Positions 19,164-28,166 of a stretch of DNA of 64,000 nucleotides are shown here, piece by piece. Under the pieces are notes generated by a model. That model was not told the origin of the DNA and ran no database searches. It saw only the letters and a program-made list of their open reading frames with translations. The stretch is from Candidatus Aenigmatarchaeota archaeon. Its GTDB lineage: Archaea > Aenigmatarchaeota > Aenigmatarchaeia > QMZP01 > JAFGSV01. Where the stretch lies: positions 44,373 through 108,372 of the forward strand of contig JAFGSV010000012.1 of assembly GCA_016934325.1 (NCBI GenBank), in the 5' to 3' direction. Numbering within the stretch: the first letter of the stretch is position 1; every line of letters starts with the position of its first letter. A program made the translations under genes and the position numbers.

Positions 19164-20459
19164 TCACAGGCCGTCATCATCGGTCTGGTACTTGCCTTTC
19201 GCCATGTACTGGTTGGATATCTGGTACGTTATTCTGGATTTGTAGGCCCCCCTGAAATCCTGCTCCTCCCTGACATTGATCTCGTACTGTTTCTTCAGGG
19301 CGGGCTCTACCTGGGACTTCGGCACCTTGAACTCGACGTAGACGTCCTCTTCGTAGGGCGAGGGGCTGCTGGTGCTGGTCATTTTCCTCCAGACGAGCTT
19401 GCCGGTCTTCCTGTCGAGCGCGTACATGTTGCAGTCCCAGGAGCCGGAGAAGACGAGATGCTTGTATACGGGGGTCGTGGCCCATATTGGCCCGTTGGTC
19501 TTGAACTTCCACTTGAGGGTACCGTCCAGGTTGACCGCATAGATATGCTCATCTGCAGAGGAGAAGTGGATGACGCCATCGGCTATGATAGGAGTCAGGC
19601 TACCGATCCTCTCAAAGGTCCTGAATCTCCAGAGCTCCCTCCCATCCATATTTAATGCATACAGGTTGTGGTCCCAGCTCGCGAAGTAGATCACGGCTTC
19701 GTGGATGGCCGGCCTCGAGACGACGCTGTCATACGTCCTGAACTTCCACAGCTGCCTGCCCGTCTCCACATCGACGGCGTAAAGGTTGTTGTCATGGGAT
19801 CCGAAGTATATCACGCCATTCTCCACGAGAAAGGGATGCTTGTTCGTTATGTTGCCCATAGTCCTGAACTTCCAAAGCAGCATGCCCGTGTGCCTGTCCA
19901 GCGCGTATAGGTAGTTGTCATAGCTCCCGACGAATACCATGTCCCCGTGTATCCTCGGGCTCGAGCCGACGAAATCCTGCGTGGCGAACTTCCATTTCAA
20001 CTCGCCGGAGAGCCTGTCAATGCAGTACAGGTTCCTGTCCTTCGAGCCCACGTATACCGAATCATCGCTCGCTGAGGGAGTGGCGAAAATCTCGCCCCGG
20101 GTCGGGAATTTCCATAGCAGGGCGCCGTCCAGTGAGTTGAGGGCATGGAGATTGTAGTCAAAGGAGCCTACGTACAGTATCCCCTTGTGTATCATGGGGG
20201 AGCAGCCCGTTATCACCCCATCGGTCCTGTACCTCCAAAACTCGGCTCCCGTTTCGGCATCCACGCAATAGACGATGTAATCGGCAGCCCCGTAATACAG
20301 CCTACCCTTGTGTACCAATGGAGCGGAGCCTATGTTCCCACCGAAGCCGATGGTCCATATCAGGTTGAACCTCTTCTTCCTCTTCACAACGAGGTCGCCG
20401 AGCTCCAGGTCGAAGTCCTTCTGGACCCCAATCTCGTCATCGAATCCGAATTCGTCCAT
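19164..20459 (-). CDS. PQQ-like (BamB-type) beta-propeller repeat protein without a signal peptide
   Basis: About eight repeats of SP....G.(V/L)Y.GS.D.NLYAL...G...WKF.T. Confidence 0.88.
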   Translation of the reverse strand: MDEFGFDDEIGVQKDFDLELGDLVVKRKKRFNLIWTIGFGGNIGSAPLVHKGRLYYGAADYIVYCVDAETGAEFWRYRTDGVITGCSPMIHKGILYVGSFDYNLHALNSLDGALLWKFPTRGEIFATPSASDDSVYVGSKDRNLYCIDRLSGELKWKFATQDFVGSSPRIHGDMVFVGSYDNYLYALDRHTGMLLWKFRTMGNITNKHPFLVENGVIYFGSHDNNLYAVDVETGRQLWKFRTYDSVVSRPAIHEAVIYFASWDHNLYALNMDGRELWRFRTFERIGSLTPIIADGVIHFSSADEHIYAVNLDGTLKWKFKTNGPIWATTPVYKHLVFSGSWDCNMYALDRKTGKLVWRKMTSTSSPSPYEEDVYVEFKVPKSQVEPALKKQYEINVREEQDFRGAYKSRITYQISNQYMAKGKYQTDDDGL

Positions 20460-20553
20460 GGGCGGCACAAACAAGAGATGCTGTGCGGCCTTAATATACC
20501 AGTGTCCTCCTCAATAAGGATAACAATAAATAACCACCTCCCCAATTATCAAC

Positions 20554-21294
20554 ATGCACGAAAAGGTTCTCGAGAGGGTCGGCCTGACCAGGAACGAGGC
20601 CAAGGTCTACATCGCGCTCCTGAAGAGGGGGCTGTCCACGGCCGGCATGCTCATCAAGGAGTCAGGGCTGCACAGGTCGAGGGTCTACGAGAGCCTGGAG
20701 ATGCTTTCACAGAAGGGCCTGGTGGGATCATGCGTTAAGGATTTCAAGAACCACTTCCAGGCGGCCAAGCCGGAGGTCCTCCTGGATTTCCTCGAAGAGA
20801 AGAAGAAGATGATCGATGAGCAAAAGGAGGAGATGAAGAGCATCCTGCCCGGCCTCAAGGAGATTGAATCCATGAAGAAGGAGGAGATAGAGGGGGCCGT
20901 CTTCAAGGGCAGGGAGGGCCTCAAGGCGATACATTCGGACATGCTGAAGGTCGGGGAGGACGTGTGGGTCCTCGGGGCGAAGGGGCTCATCTTCACGGAG
21001 CTCAAGTACTTCATCCAGTCATTCGAGAGGGACAGGGTGAAGAAGGGGATGAAGTGGAAAAGCATATTTGACAGGGATAGCAACTTTAAAAGGATAAATA
21101 AACCTCTATTCGAGAAGAGGAGGATGCCTGACCGGTTCGCGAGCCGCGGGGTGGTGAACATTTACGGCGACAGGGTCGCCATAGTGCTGTGGAAGGAGAA
21201 GTACCCGACGGGCTTCCTGATTAAGAACAAGCTCATATCCGATGCGTTCAGAAACTGGTTCAGCTTCATGTGGGAGAAATCAAAGGGTGAATGA
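20554..21294 (+). CDS. TrmB-family transcriptional regulator
   Basis: GLTRNEAKVYIALL..G...A..L....GLHRSRVYE.L..L..KGLV HTH; C-terminal IYGDRVAIV.W. Confidence 0.88.
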   Translation: MHEKVLERVGLTRNEAKVYIALLKRGLSTAGMLIKESGLHRSRVYESLEMLSQKGLVGSCVKDFKNHFQAAKPEVLLDFLEEKKKMIDEQKEEMKSILPGLKEIESMKKEEIEGAVFKGREGLKAIHSDMLKVGEDVWVLGAKGLIFTELKYFIQSFERDRVKKGMKWKSIFDRDSNFKRINKPLFEKRRMPDRFASRGVVNIYGDRVAIVLWKEKYPTGFLIKNKLISDAFRNWFSFMWEKSKGE

Positions 21295-22056
21295 ATGCTT
21301 TACATTATCGGCTTGGGGATCGGTGACGAGTCAGACATATCCCAGCGCGGGCTCGATGCCTGCAGGAAGGCGGACGAGGTATGCGCAGAGCTGTACACGG
21401 CCAGGTGGCAGGGCGACCTGCGAAAGCTGGGGAAGGCCATAGGCAAGGGAATCAAGGTCCTTGAGAGGCAGGACCTGGAGGACAGGTCCGAGAAATTCGT
21501 GAAGGGGGCGAAGGGCAAGGACGTAGCGCTGCTGGTCCCCGGGGACCCGCTGTCTGCGACGACCCACATCAACCTGCTCATGGAAGCGAGGCACGAAAAG
21601 ATTCCGTTCACGGTCATCCATTCGAGCTCCATAATGACTGCCATCGCGGAGACCGGGCTCAACATCTACAACTTCGGCAAGACGGCCACCGTGGTCAGGC
21701 CACAGGAAGGTTACGCGCCGACCTCCTTCTATGAAGCGGGTATCATCAACAAGAGGAGCGGCATGCACACGCTCTTCCTGCTGGACGTGGACATGGACAC
21801 CAGGCTCGGCCTCGAGATACTGCTGGAGATCGAGAAGAAGAGGAAGAGGGGGGTGCTCGGCCCCGACACGAATGTGGTAGCCGCCTCGGGGATAGGCACG
21901 AGGAAGAGCATCATCAGGTACGACAAGGTCAGGAACCTGCTGAAGCAGCCCCTCAGGCCGCCGGCGGTGTTGATCATCCCGGGAAGGAGGCACTTCGTCG
22001 AGCGCGAATGGCTCGACTCGCTGAAGGAGCGTATCAGGTTCTCCGAGCATATGTAA
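21295..22056 (+). CDS. dph5: Diphthine synthase
   Basis: MLYIIGLG..D, ELYT, LLVPGDPLSATTH, YNFGKT.T, HTLFLLD. Confidence 0.94.
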   Translation: MLYIIGLGIGDESDISQRGLDACRKADEVCAELYTARWQGDLRKLGKAIGKGIKVLERQDLEDRSEKFVKGAKGKDVALLVPGDPLSATTHINLLMEARHEKIPFTVIHSSSIMTAIAETGLNIYNFGKTATVVRPQEGYAPTSFYEAGIINKRSGMHTLFLLDVDMDTRLGLEILLEIEKKRKRGVLGPDTNVVAASGIGTRKSIIRYDKVRNLLKQPLRPPAVLIIPGRRHFVEREWLDSLKERIRFSEHM

Positions 22057-22149
22057 CCGATATGATACGGGCTAATTCTCAAATTTGTTGAAATGGCCGG
22101 AAAAATGCCTATTTTCCACCCATAACAGACATCATGCGACCAACAGAAA

Positions 22150-22188
22150 GCTTTATAAATGGTCAAATTAACTACTACTTAGAGGTGA
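22150..22188 (+). promoter_or_regulatory. TATA-type promoter plus SD, with a motif repeated at 22368-22420
   Basis: GCTTTATAAA (22150) ... ATTAACTACTA (22167) ... GAGGTGA; the same elements recur at 22368, 22393 and ~22415. Confidence 0.55.
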
Positions 22189-22203
22189 CCCAAATTCAAA
22201 GCC

Positions 22204-22368
22204 ATGGCAAGTTACAACACTGAAAGAGGATATTTGGGTCAGAATGAGCAGTCTTATATTTATTCAATTCCCGGCGCATTGAATATCGGCGAGGTCGGCG
22301 AGACCGTCGCATACAGGGATTCGGGTTTAGATATCGTCATTAACCGGCAGCGATCGGGCCACCGATAG
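22204..22368 (+). CDS. Small hypothetical protein (54 aa; absent from the ORF track)
   Basis: MASYNTERGYLGQNEQSYIYSIPGALNIGEVGETVAYRDSGLDIVINRQRSGHR, downstream of a TATA box and GAGGTGA (SD spacing long, ~15 nt). Confidence 0.4.
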   Translation: MASYNTERGYLGQNEQSYIYSIPGALNIGEVGETVAYRDSGLDIVINRQRSGHR

Positions 22369-22425
22369 CTTTATAAAGGAAGAAATAGTAATATTAACTA
22401 CTAAGTAGTGAAAAAGGTGAAAAAA

Positions 22426-23139
22426 GTGACAGGAAAAACATCAACAGGTGAAAGGAGAAGGGCTACTATTACGCTAAATTCTGGCGGTCATGAATTCTTG
22501 AGTTTCGGACCGCAGGACTTCGCAAGGGATAAGACGGGAGTCCTTTTCGGCGATGGAATCGGTCCGGTCAGGGCTCATGCCAGGTCGGACAGCTTGTGGG
22601 GCCAGGTGGCTGAAGCGATTGGGAAGAAGGCCGTGGAGATAGGAAAGGGCGTGCTGAGGGGATATTCCAGGGATGAGAAGGCCGCTTATGCATATGCAAG
22701 GACCGGAATCCCGACCGCCGGAGATGTCCCCGGAGGATACTCCAAGATTGACGCGCTTCTGGGAAGTTACGGCGCAAGTCGTGCGTCCCAGCCGTGGCTG
22801 AAGGAAGTGACCGGAAAAAGCAACTACGTCTTCGGAGCTGCGGTTCCGGAAGGGCCGGACGAGGGAATATATGTTGATGAAGGGCTTGTGAGGAAGGCTG
22901 GCAAGTATATTAGCAGCTTGGCCAGGGGCCTGAAGCAGAAGGCCAGGGAATATGCCAGCGATTTCATAGAGACGCTGCTGACACTTGACCATGAGTATGC
23001 CCACAAGAACAAGGGCATAAGGAACGATCAGGCAGCAGAGCAGTATGCGGAAGAGAGCTTGATCAGGCTGGCAAAGGATGACAGCACGGTCGGGTTCGCC
23101 CTGCAAGAATACAGGAGCCCTCTCCTGCTGGCTGACTGA
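22426..23139 (+). CDS. Hypothetical protein with a C-terminal HExxH zincin-like motif
   Basis: GTG start after AGGTGA; LDHEYAHKNKGIRNDQAAEQYA. Confidence 0.65.
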   Translation: MTGKTSTGERRRATITLNSGGHEFLSFGPQDFARDKTGVLFGDGIGPVRAHARSDSLWGQVAEAIGKKAVEIGKGVLRGYSRDEKAAYAYARTGIPTAGDVPGGYSKIDALLGSYGASRASQPWLKEVTGKSNYVFGAAVPEGPDEGIYVDEGLVRKAGKYISSLARGLKQKAREYASDFIETLLTLDHEYAHKNKGIRNDQAAEQYAEESLIRLAKDDSTVGFALQEYRSPLLLAD

Positions 23140-23152
23140 GAGGTGATGACAA

Positions 23153-23326
23153 ATGGAAGAAGGATTGATGCGAAAAGCGCGGAAGTATGAGAAGGACCTG
23201 GACATGCTCATGTCCCTGGTCAAGGGAAGCGATGAGATGGACCTATCTTCCAGGGAGAAGGGCAGCATGCTCTATGCCCTCGAGGCCGAGGAGATCGACT
23301 TAAAAAATTTGGGGGGCAATGCCTAA
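23153..23326 (+). CDS. Small helical hypothetical protein (57 aa; absent from the ORF track)
   Basis: Strong GAGGTGA SD; MEEGLMRKARKYEKDLDMLMSLVKGSDEMDLSSREKGSMLYALEAEEIDLKNLGGNA; fills the gap between two ORFs. Confidence 0.65.
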   Translation: MEEGLMRKARKYEKDLDMLMSLVKGSDEMDLSSREKGSMLYALEAEEIDLKNLGGNA

Positions 23327-23341
23327 AGCAGGTGAAAGAAC

Positions 23342-24244
23342 ATGTCACAAATCAATGACCTTAAGGATACCAGCAGGATGGAGTCGGCATTGAAATTCCC
23401 GATAGCCTGGGCTGCAGAGAAGGTGGTTGACGCCATGCCTGCCTGGCATGCATACGGCATACTTCCCGAGTTCTACACCTCAATGAAGGGCGGTTTGTGG
23501 GAAGCCGCGAACATGACCAAGCACAAGCACGGCCTTAACATGCTCGACCTACCTAAACATTGTGGCGGTTTCCAGAATCTATACTCTGTTCTGAATTTCC
23601 CCAGCGGCATATTGAATACGGAAGAGGTCTACACCTTCAGAAGGAATGACAACGGCCTCGAAACGCCCATTGATTACAGGTCGCCTTCCAGGCAGCCATC
23701 GGCCATGCAACTGCAGCAAGAGGGAGAGCAATCAATCGATAACGAACTGGAATTTGGCAACAGTCTTGTGAAGTCCCTTCTCGATCCAAAGGCTAGGAGA
23801 GGAGATTTCATCAGAGCACAGTGTGTAGCTGAGCTGACGGATGGGGACACGAGCAGGGCGCCGGACCCCACCGGCTATTTGCCCCAATTTTCCGAGCACG
23901 AATTATTCCTTTGCGGCCAGATCGGCAACAGGACCCTTGTAGCTTCCACGCCGCACGGCGCGGTTTACAGATATAGAGCCCCATCCAAATTGCAGAAGTT
24001 CGAGACATATCTCAGGATGGATATGCGATATACAATCCGTAATGCCCCGATAGAGTGGCTTGGCCTCGAGAAACTGAAGGTGTTCAAAGGATTGCCTCTT
24101 CAGAGGGTGCTTCAGAGCCTGGCAGCTGGGACAATAGGTTCCGAGCAGGAAGACTATATTTCATCTATGACACCACAGGGCCTTCCTGTCAGGATGGACG
24201 GATATATAAATCCCATCGCGAGATACCTGCCGCGATACAAGTAG
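23342..24244 (+). CDS. Hypothetical protein (300 aa)
   Basis: AGGTGA SD before the ATG; long ORF; no recognisable motif. Confidence 0.7.
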   Translation: MSQINDLKDTSRMESALKFPIAWAAEKVVDAMPAWHAYGILPEFYTSMKGGLWEAANMTKHKHGLNMLDLPKHCGGFQNLYSVLNFPSGILNTEEVYTFRRNDNGLETPIDYRSPSRQPSAMQLQQEGEQSIDNELEFGNSLVKSLLDPKARRGDFIRAQCVAELTDGDTSRAPDPTGYLPQFSEHELFLCGQIGNRTLVASTPHGAVYRYRAPSKLQKFETYLRMDMRYTIRNAPIEWLGLEKLKVFKGLPLQRVLQSLAAGTIGSEQEDYISSMTPQGLPVRMDGYINPIARYLPRYK

Positions 24245-24345
24245 ACAGTGTGAAATTTGTCTTCATAAGCATTTCAAATAACCGCTGCGAACGACGGAGA
24301 CGGAACGCTTTCACACATATAAGTTTATTTTCATCAATAATAAAC

Positions 24346-25071
24346 ATGGCAGACATTTTGCAGATTGTCCAGCAGTTCCTGTGCTACGGGAACAGCGACT
24401 GCATCAACATGTTCAACTCCTACGCGAGCAAGCCCATGGAGGGCCTGTTCTATCTCGTCTTCTTCCCCATAGTCTTCATCATAATCTTCATCTACCTGCT
24501 GGCCCACAGGTACTTCCCCGACCACCGCAGCCTGAACATATTGCTCAGCCTCGCATTCTTCGCGTTCATCATACTGCAGGGATGGTACTACTTCTTCATG
24601 ATCCTAGGGCAGCTGTGGTACATCGTCATCATACTCCTGGGATTCCTGTGGATGGCGCTATTCGGCCTCCTTGGCAAAGGGAAATCAGGCGGCGGGGGCC
24701 AGGCGAGGACGGGCGGTAGCGGAGGAATGTTCGACGGCGTCCTCGGGGCGGCCGGGAAGAGGCTGAAGGTCCAGATGTCAAGCGAGCTGAAGGATCATGA
24801 GTCCAGGCTTGAGGCATTGCTGAAATCAATGGCGGGGCTTATCGGCGACATGAAGAGGGCGGGCTCAAAGACAGACATAGACAATGTCTACAGGGCGTAT
24901 GTCGACCTGCTGCCCCAGATAGACTCGCACCTGGATAGCCTCAGGCAGATGACGGCCATCAAGGGCTTCAAGGTCAGCGGAAAATACAACGAACTTCTCA
25001 GTCGTTATAAGAAGCTATCGTCGGAGATGGATGGTCTGCACTCGAAGAGGGGAGGCAAGGCTGCCGCATAG
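24346..25071 (+). CDS. Membrane protein (3 TM plus Gly linker plus cytoplasmic helical domain), paralog 1
   Basis: ATG 24346 after an AT-rich promoter; GLFYLVFFPIVFIIIFIYLL...LNILLSLAFF pattern shared with the next three genes. Confidence 0.75.
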   Translation: MADILQIVQQFLCYGNSDCINMFNSYASKPMEGLFYLVFFPIVFIIIFIYLLAHRYFPDHRSLNILLSLAFFAFIILQGWYYFFMILGQLWYIVIILLGFLWMALFGLLGKGKSGGGGQARTGGSGGMFDGVLGAAGKRLKVQMSSELKDHESRLEALLKSMAGLIGDMKRAGSKTDIDNVYRAYVDLLPQIDSHLDSLRQMTAIKGFKVSGKYNELLSRYKKLSSEMDGLHSKRGGKAAA

Positions 25072-25082
25072 GGTGATTATCG

Positions 25083-25502
25083 ATGGTCGACTTCCTTGCG
25101 CTGGAGACCCTCCTTCCGTTCCTGCTCGTCCTGGCGATCGTGTATGGCGCCATGGACACGGCTAAGATGTTCAGGAACAGGGCCCTGAAGACCATAATAT
25201 CCGTCGTCATGGCGTTCTTCGCGATAAGCGACGCATCGGTCGTAGCCATGCTTAACTCGATGCTTCCTTATGCCGCGATATTCTTCATACTCATCTTCGT
25301 GGCGGGATACGTCAGGCGGTCGCTCGGAGGCGAGGGGCAGAAGGACAACACGATAGTCATAATCATCATAGTCCTGGCGCTGCTGCTCATTGCCGCATAC
25401 GCCAGGGCGGAAGGCGGCATGTACGAGTACAGCGAGTTCTTCTGGTTCGTGGGCATCATAGCCATCATATCAATCCTTTATGCCGCCTATAAAATGAAGT
25501 GA
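25083..25502 (+). CDS. Membrane protein, paralog 2
   Basis: LLPFLLVLAIVYGAM...IISVVMAFF; GGTGA SD. Confidence 0.78.
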   Translation: MVDFLALETLLPFLLVLAIVYGAMDTAKMFRNRALKTIISVVMAFFAISDASVVAMLNSMLPYAAIFFILIFVAGYVRRSLGGEGQKDNTIVIIIIVLALLLIAAYARAEGGMYEYSEFFWFVGIIAIISILYAAYKMK

Positions 25503-25849
25503 TGCCGGTGGCCGCTCCAAATCCCGCGATCGGATTCCTCGAGCAGGCCGGGTTCTTCACATTCCTATCATTCCTGCTCATATTCATCGTCCTCTACTAC
25601 GTCTTCATGGAGCTGCTGAACAAGTACGTGGCCAGGCTGCAGAGTACCGATAAGAAGCGGGCGATATCACTGATACTGTCTATACTCATAACGGCGTTTC
25701 TCTTCTTCTTTTTTGCTCACTATGCTTCCACCGGCATGATTTATGTTGCCACGGCTATCTTCGTCATTCTCTTCCTTTTCGTCGTCGTCCTGGCCGCCGC
25801 AAGGGTAATGGGACTGGATTTGCTGCAGATGCTGCAACGCAAAAAATGA
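25502..25849 (+). CDS. Membrane protein, paralog 3
   Basis: GFFTFLSFLLIFIVLYYVF...LILSILITAF; TGATG coupling. Confidence 0.75.
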   Translation: MPVAAPNPAIGFLEQAGFFTFLSFLLIFIVLYYVFMELLNKYVARLQSTDKKRAISLILSILITAFLFFFFAHYASTGMIYVATAIFVILFLFVVVLAAARVMGLDLLQMLQRKK

Positions 25850-25925
25850 TCGTCAGAAAGCTGCTATTGGCGCCTGTTAGCGGCTTGAGGATAGATTTAT
25901 AAGTCTTATACGACAATAACATTAT

Positions 25926-26468
25926 ATGGCAGATCCATTTTCGCAAATGGTAACGAACTTGGAGAACATGGGATTCTTCCAGTACTTGTTCCCTTTTTTG
26001 CTGGCTTTCGCCATCCTCTATGGGATCCTGAAATGGGTCTTCAGGGACAAGATCGAGCCGAGGGTTGTAGCCTTGATCTCGGTGGTCCTGTCTTTCTTCG
26101 TGATGCTGTATTCGGCCTATAACACGTGGCTCTACAACTTCCTGGCCAACGCATCCGGGGTCTGGCTCGGGATGGCAACGGTGCTCCTGTTCATCGTAGT
26201 ACTCGCGGCACTGGCAGGCATAAACCTGCACGAGTTCCTGGGCGAAGAGAAGAGGTCATGGCTCAAGTACCTGATAATAATCGTGATCGCGTACGTAGTC
26301 ATCGTCTCCTTCCTGGGCACGGGGGCTTACTACTCGTACCTGCCTTTCTGGCTGACGAGCGGCGACCTGTGGACGGTATTGCTGGTCATAATAATACTGG
26401 CGATAGTGTTCTGGTTCGTCGGCGGCGAGGAAAAGACAGGGGCGAAAGAAGGGGAAAAGAAAGAGTGA
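25926..26468 (+). CDS. Membrane protein, paralog 4
   Basis: GFFQYLFPFLLAFAILYGIL...ALISVVLSFF; five TM segments; own TTTATAAG promoter. Confidence 0.8.
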   Translation: MADPFSQMVTNLENMGFFQYLFPFLLAFAILYGILKWVFRDKIEPRVVALISVVLSFFVMLYSAYNTWLYNFLANASGVWLGMATVLLFIVVLAALAGINLHEFLGEEKRSWLKYLIIIVIAYVVIVSFLGTGAYYSYLPFWLTSGDLWTVLLVIIILAIVFWFVGGEEKTGAKEGEKKE

Positions 26469-26489
26469 ATCCCGTCAAACCCCGGTTTC

Positions 26490-26560
26490 CCTTTTTTTTA
26501 TATTCGATATTATTTCGAATAGCGTCGGGATTCTTCAATGCTATCGGATTCAGAATCCGA
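26490..26560. terminator. Convergent terminator region (T-run plus two inverted repeats)
   Basis: CCTTTTTTTT run; TATTCGA..TCGAATA; perfect TCGGATTC-A-GAATCCGA between convergent genes. Confidence 0.45.
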
Positions 26561-26594
26561 AAGAATCAGCGCCCTGACATCCGCGATCCCGTCC

Positions 26595-27617
26595 CTATTC
26601 GGGCGGCGCGTACGGGGACTGGGGCTTCGGCCTGGGCGGCATCGCTGAGGGCGGTGCAGGCGCCTTCGGTTCCTCGCGGGGCTGTTCGATCGTTACCGGC
26701 TCCCCCTTCTTTGAAGCCTTGACGGCGTGGCTGAACTTCCTGATCGACTCCACCATGGGGGTGAGCGAACCCTTGACGATCTCCTCCAGGGAGTCTATCC
26801 TGGCGTTGGTGTCCTCTATGACGTGCTTCTGCTCCTCGATGTCCTTCCTTATGGACTCGATCTCCTGCGGAGGCACGCCGGCGCCCGGGACCTGGTCGGC
26901 CGCGCTCTTGACGCCTGACGCCATGTCGTCGATCTTGCCTTCGAGGGCGTTGACCCTGCTCATCATCTCGGACCATTTCTCCTCGGTCACCTCTTCCGTG
27001 AGCTCCTCTACTTCCCTGCGCCTCCTGTCCTTGAGCTCTCTTACCCTGTCCTCGCCCCTCTTGGGCAGCGGCTCCTCGAATTCCAGCGGCTCCTTCTCGA
27101 TGGCTCCGCCGCGGGGTCCATGAGGCAAGGGGGCATCGAGATCGTCCATGAAAGCCCCTGGGCCCATCCTCCTCTCCTTTGGCAGGTCTTCCATATCCTC
27201 GTCCAGGTCATCGTCCGTCCAGGGCGATGGCATGTAATTCTGCTGCGGGTATGACGGAGGCATTCCCGGCTGCTGGATTGGCGGCTGGTCCTGGAAGGAG
27301 TATGTTGGCGGAGGAGCGGGAGCTGGCGGAGCGGACAGGGGCGAACCGGGCTGAGTTCCCGGAAGCGGGGGCGGGGATGGCGGGCCAAAACGGCCAGGCC
27401 GCGGGTATGGAGGCGCCTGGACGCCCGTCCCGGTGCGCAAGGCGTCCTTCATGGCCCTGTCGACCTCGAGTGGGGAGAATCCCTCCTCCCTGAGAGTCTT
27501 TATGATCTCGGGCTCTGACAGGCCCTGGGAAGAAAGGGAAACGACCTTTTCAGTCGGTATCCTCGGCCCAGCGGGTGCTGGACCGCCCGCCTGCTTCTTT
27601 TTGGAAAGGCCAAACAT
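26595..27617 (-). CDS. Cytoplasmic protein: small three-helix N-domain, Pro-rich linker, C-terminal coiled coil
   Basis: PTEKVVSLSSQGLSEPEIIKTLREEGFSPLEVDRAM; long P/G-rich segment; EELTEEVTEEKW...NARIDSLEEIVK heptads. Confidence 0.8.
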   Translation of the reverse strand: MFGLSKKKQAGGPAPAGPRIPTEKVVSLSSQGLSEPEIIKTLREEGFSPLEVDRAMKDALRTGTGVQAPPYPRPGRFGPPSPPPLPGTQPGSPLSAPPAPAPPPTYSFQDQPPIQQPGMPPSYPQQNYMPSPWTDDDLDEDMEDLPKERRMGPGAFMDDLDAPLPHGPRGGAIEKEPLEFEEPLPKRGEDRVRELKDRRRREVEELTEEVTEEKWSEMMSRVNALEGKIDDMASGVKSAADQVPGAGVPPQEIESIRKDIEEQKHVIEDTNARIDSLEEIVKGSLTPMVESIRKFSHAVKASKKGEPVTIEQPREEPKAPAPPSAMPPRPKPQSPYAPPE

Positions 27618-27675
27618 GAATCAGCACCGACCTCTTATATTTTATATATTTAACCTGGTTTACTTAAATATCTCC

Positions 27676-28071
27676 TCATTTGGGGCTCTTCTGCGCCGTT
27701 TTCTGCTCCTCCAGGGGCGCAAACTGCTGCATAAGCAACGGGTCCAGTATCTTGAGCTTCTCCTCGACCCTCTTGAGCTCGCTCTTCCTCGCGAGGAACT
27801 GCAGCTGCTTGACGACCTCCTTCAGCGTGTTCTGGACCAGGGTGACCTTCTCGTCCTGGGCCGTCACCTTTGCGGTCAGGCCGTCGATTGAGCTCTGCAG
27901 GGCCTTTATCTTCTCGATCAGGGACTCGTCCATGGAGCCTATCCTGCTCGAGGCCAGCCTCTCCCTGTCCTCTAGTATTCTCAAGCGCTTCGTGTTGTCG
28001 TTGACCCTCCCGACAATCTCGTTTATGATGGGCGCCGGCCTCTTCTTCTGGGTTTCACCGAAGACTGGCAT
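27676..28071 (-). CDS. Coiled-coil protein
   Basis: Continuous heptads (RLRILEDRER...LARKSELKRVEEKLKILDPL); divergent from the ATPase. Confidence 0.78.
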   Translation of the reverse strand: MPVFGETQKKRPAPIINEIVGRVNDNTKRLRILEDRERLASSRIGSMDESLIEKIKALQSSIDGLTAKVTAQDEKVTLVQNTLKEVVKQLQFLARKSELKRVEEKLKILDPLLMQQFAPLEEQKTAQKSPK

Positions 28072-28166
28072 AAGGAACACGTCCGCATTTTTTTATTTAC
28101 GGGGTTACAATATTAAATAGTGTGCATCGATTTAAATAGAATAATCGTTTGCCAATGGTGATTTTG

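Noticed and set aside
22474-23268. 264-aa minus-strand ORF across the ORFan operon
   Set aside because: The plus-strand ORFs have SD sites, promoters and tight packing; this one is their antisense shadow.
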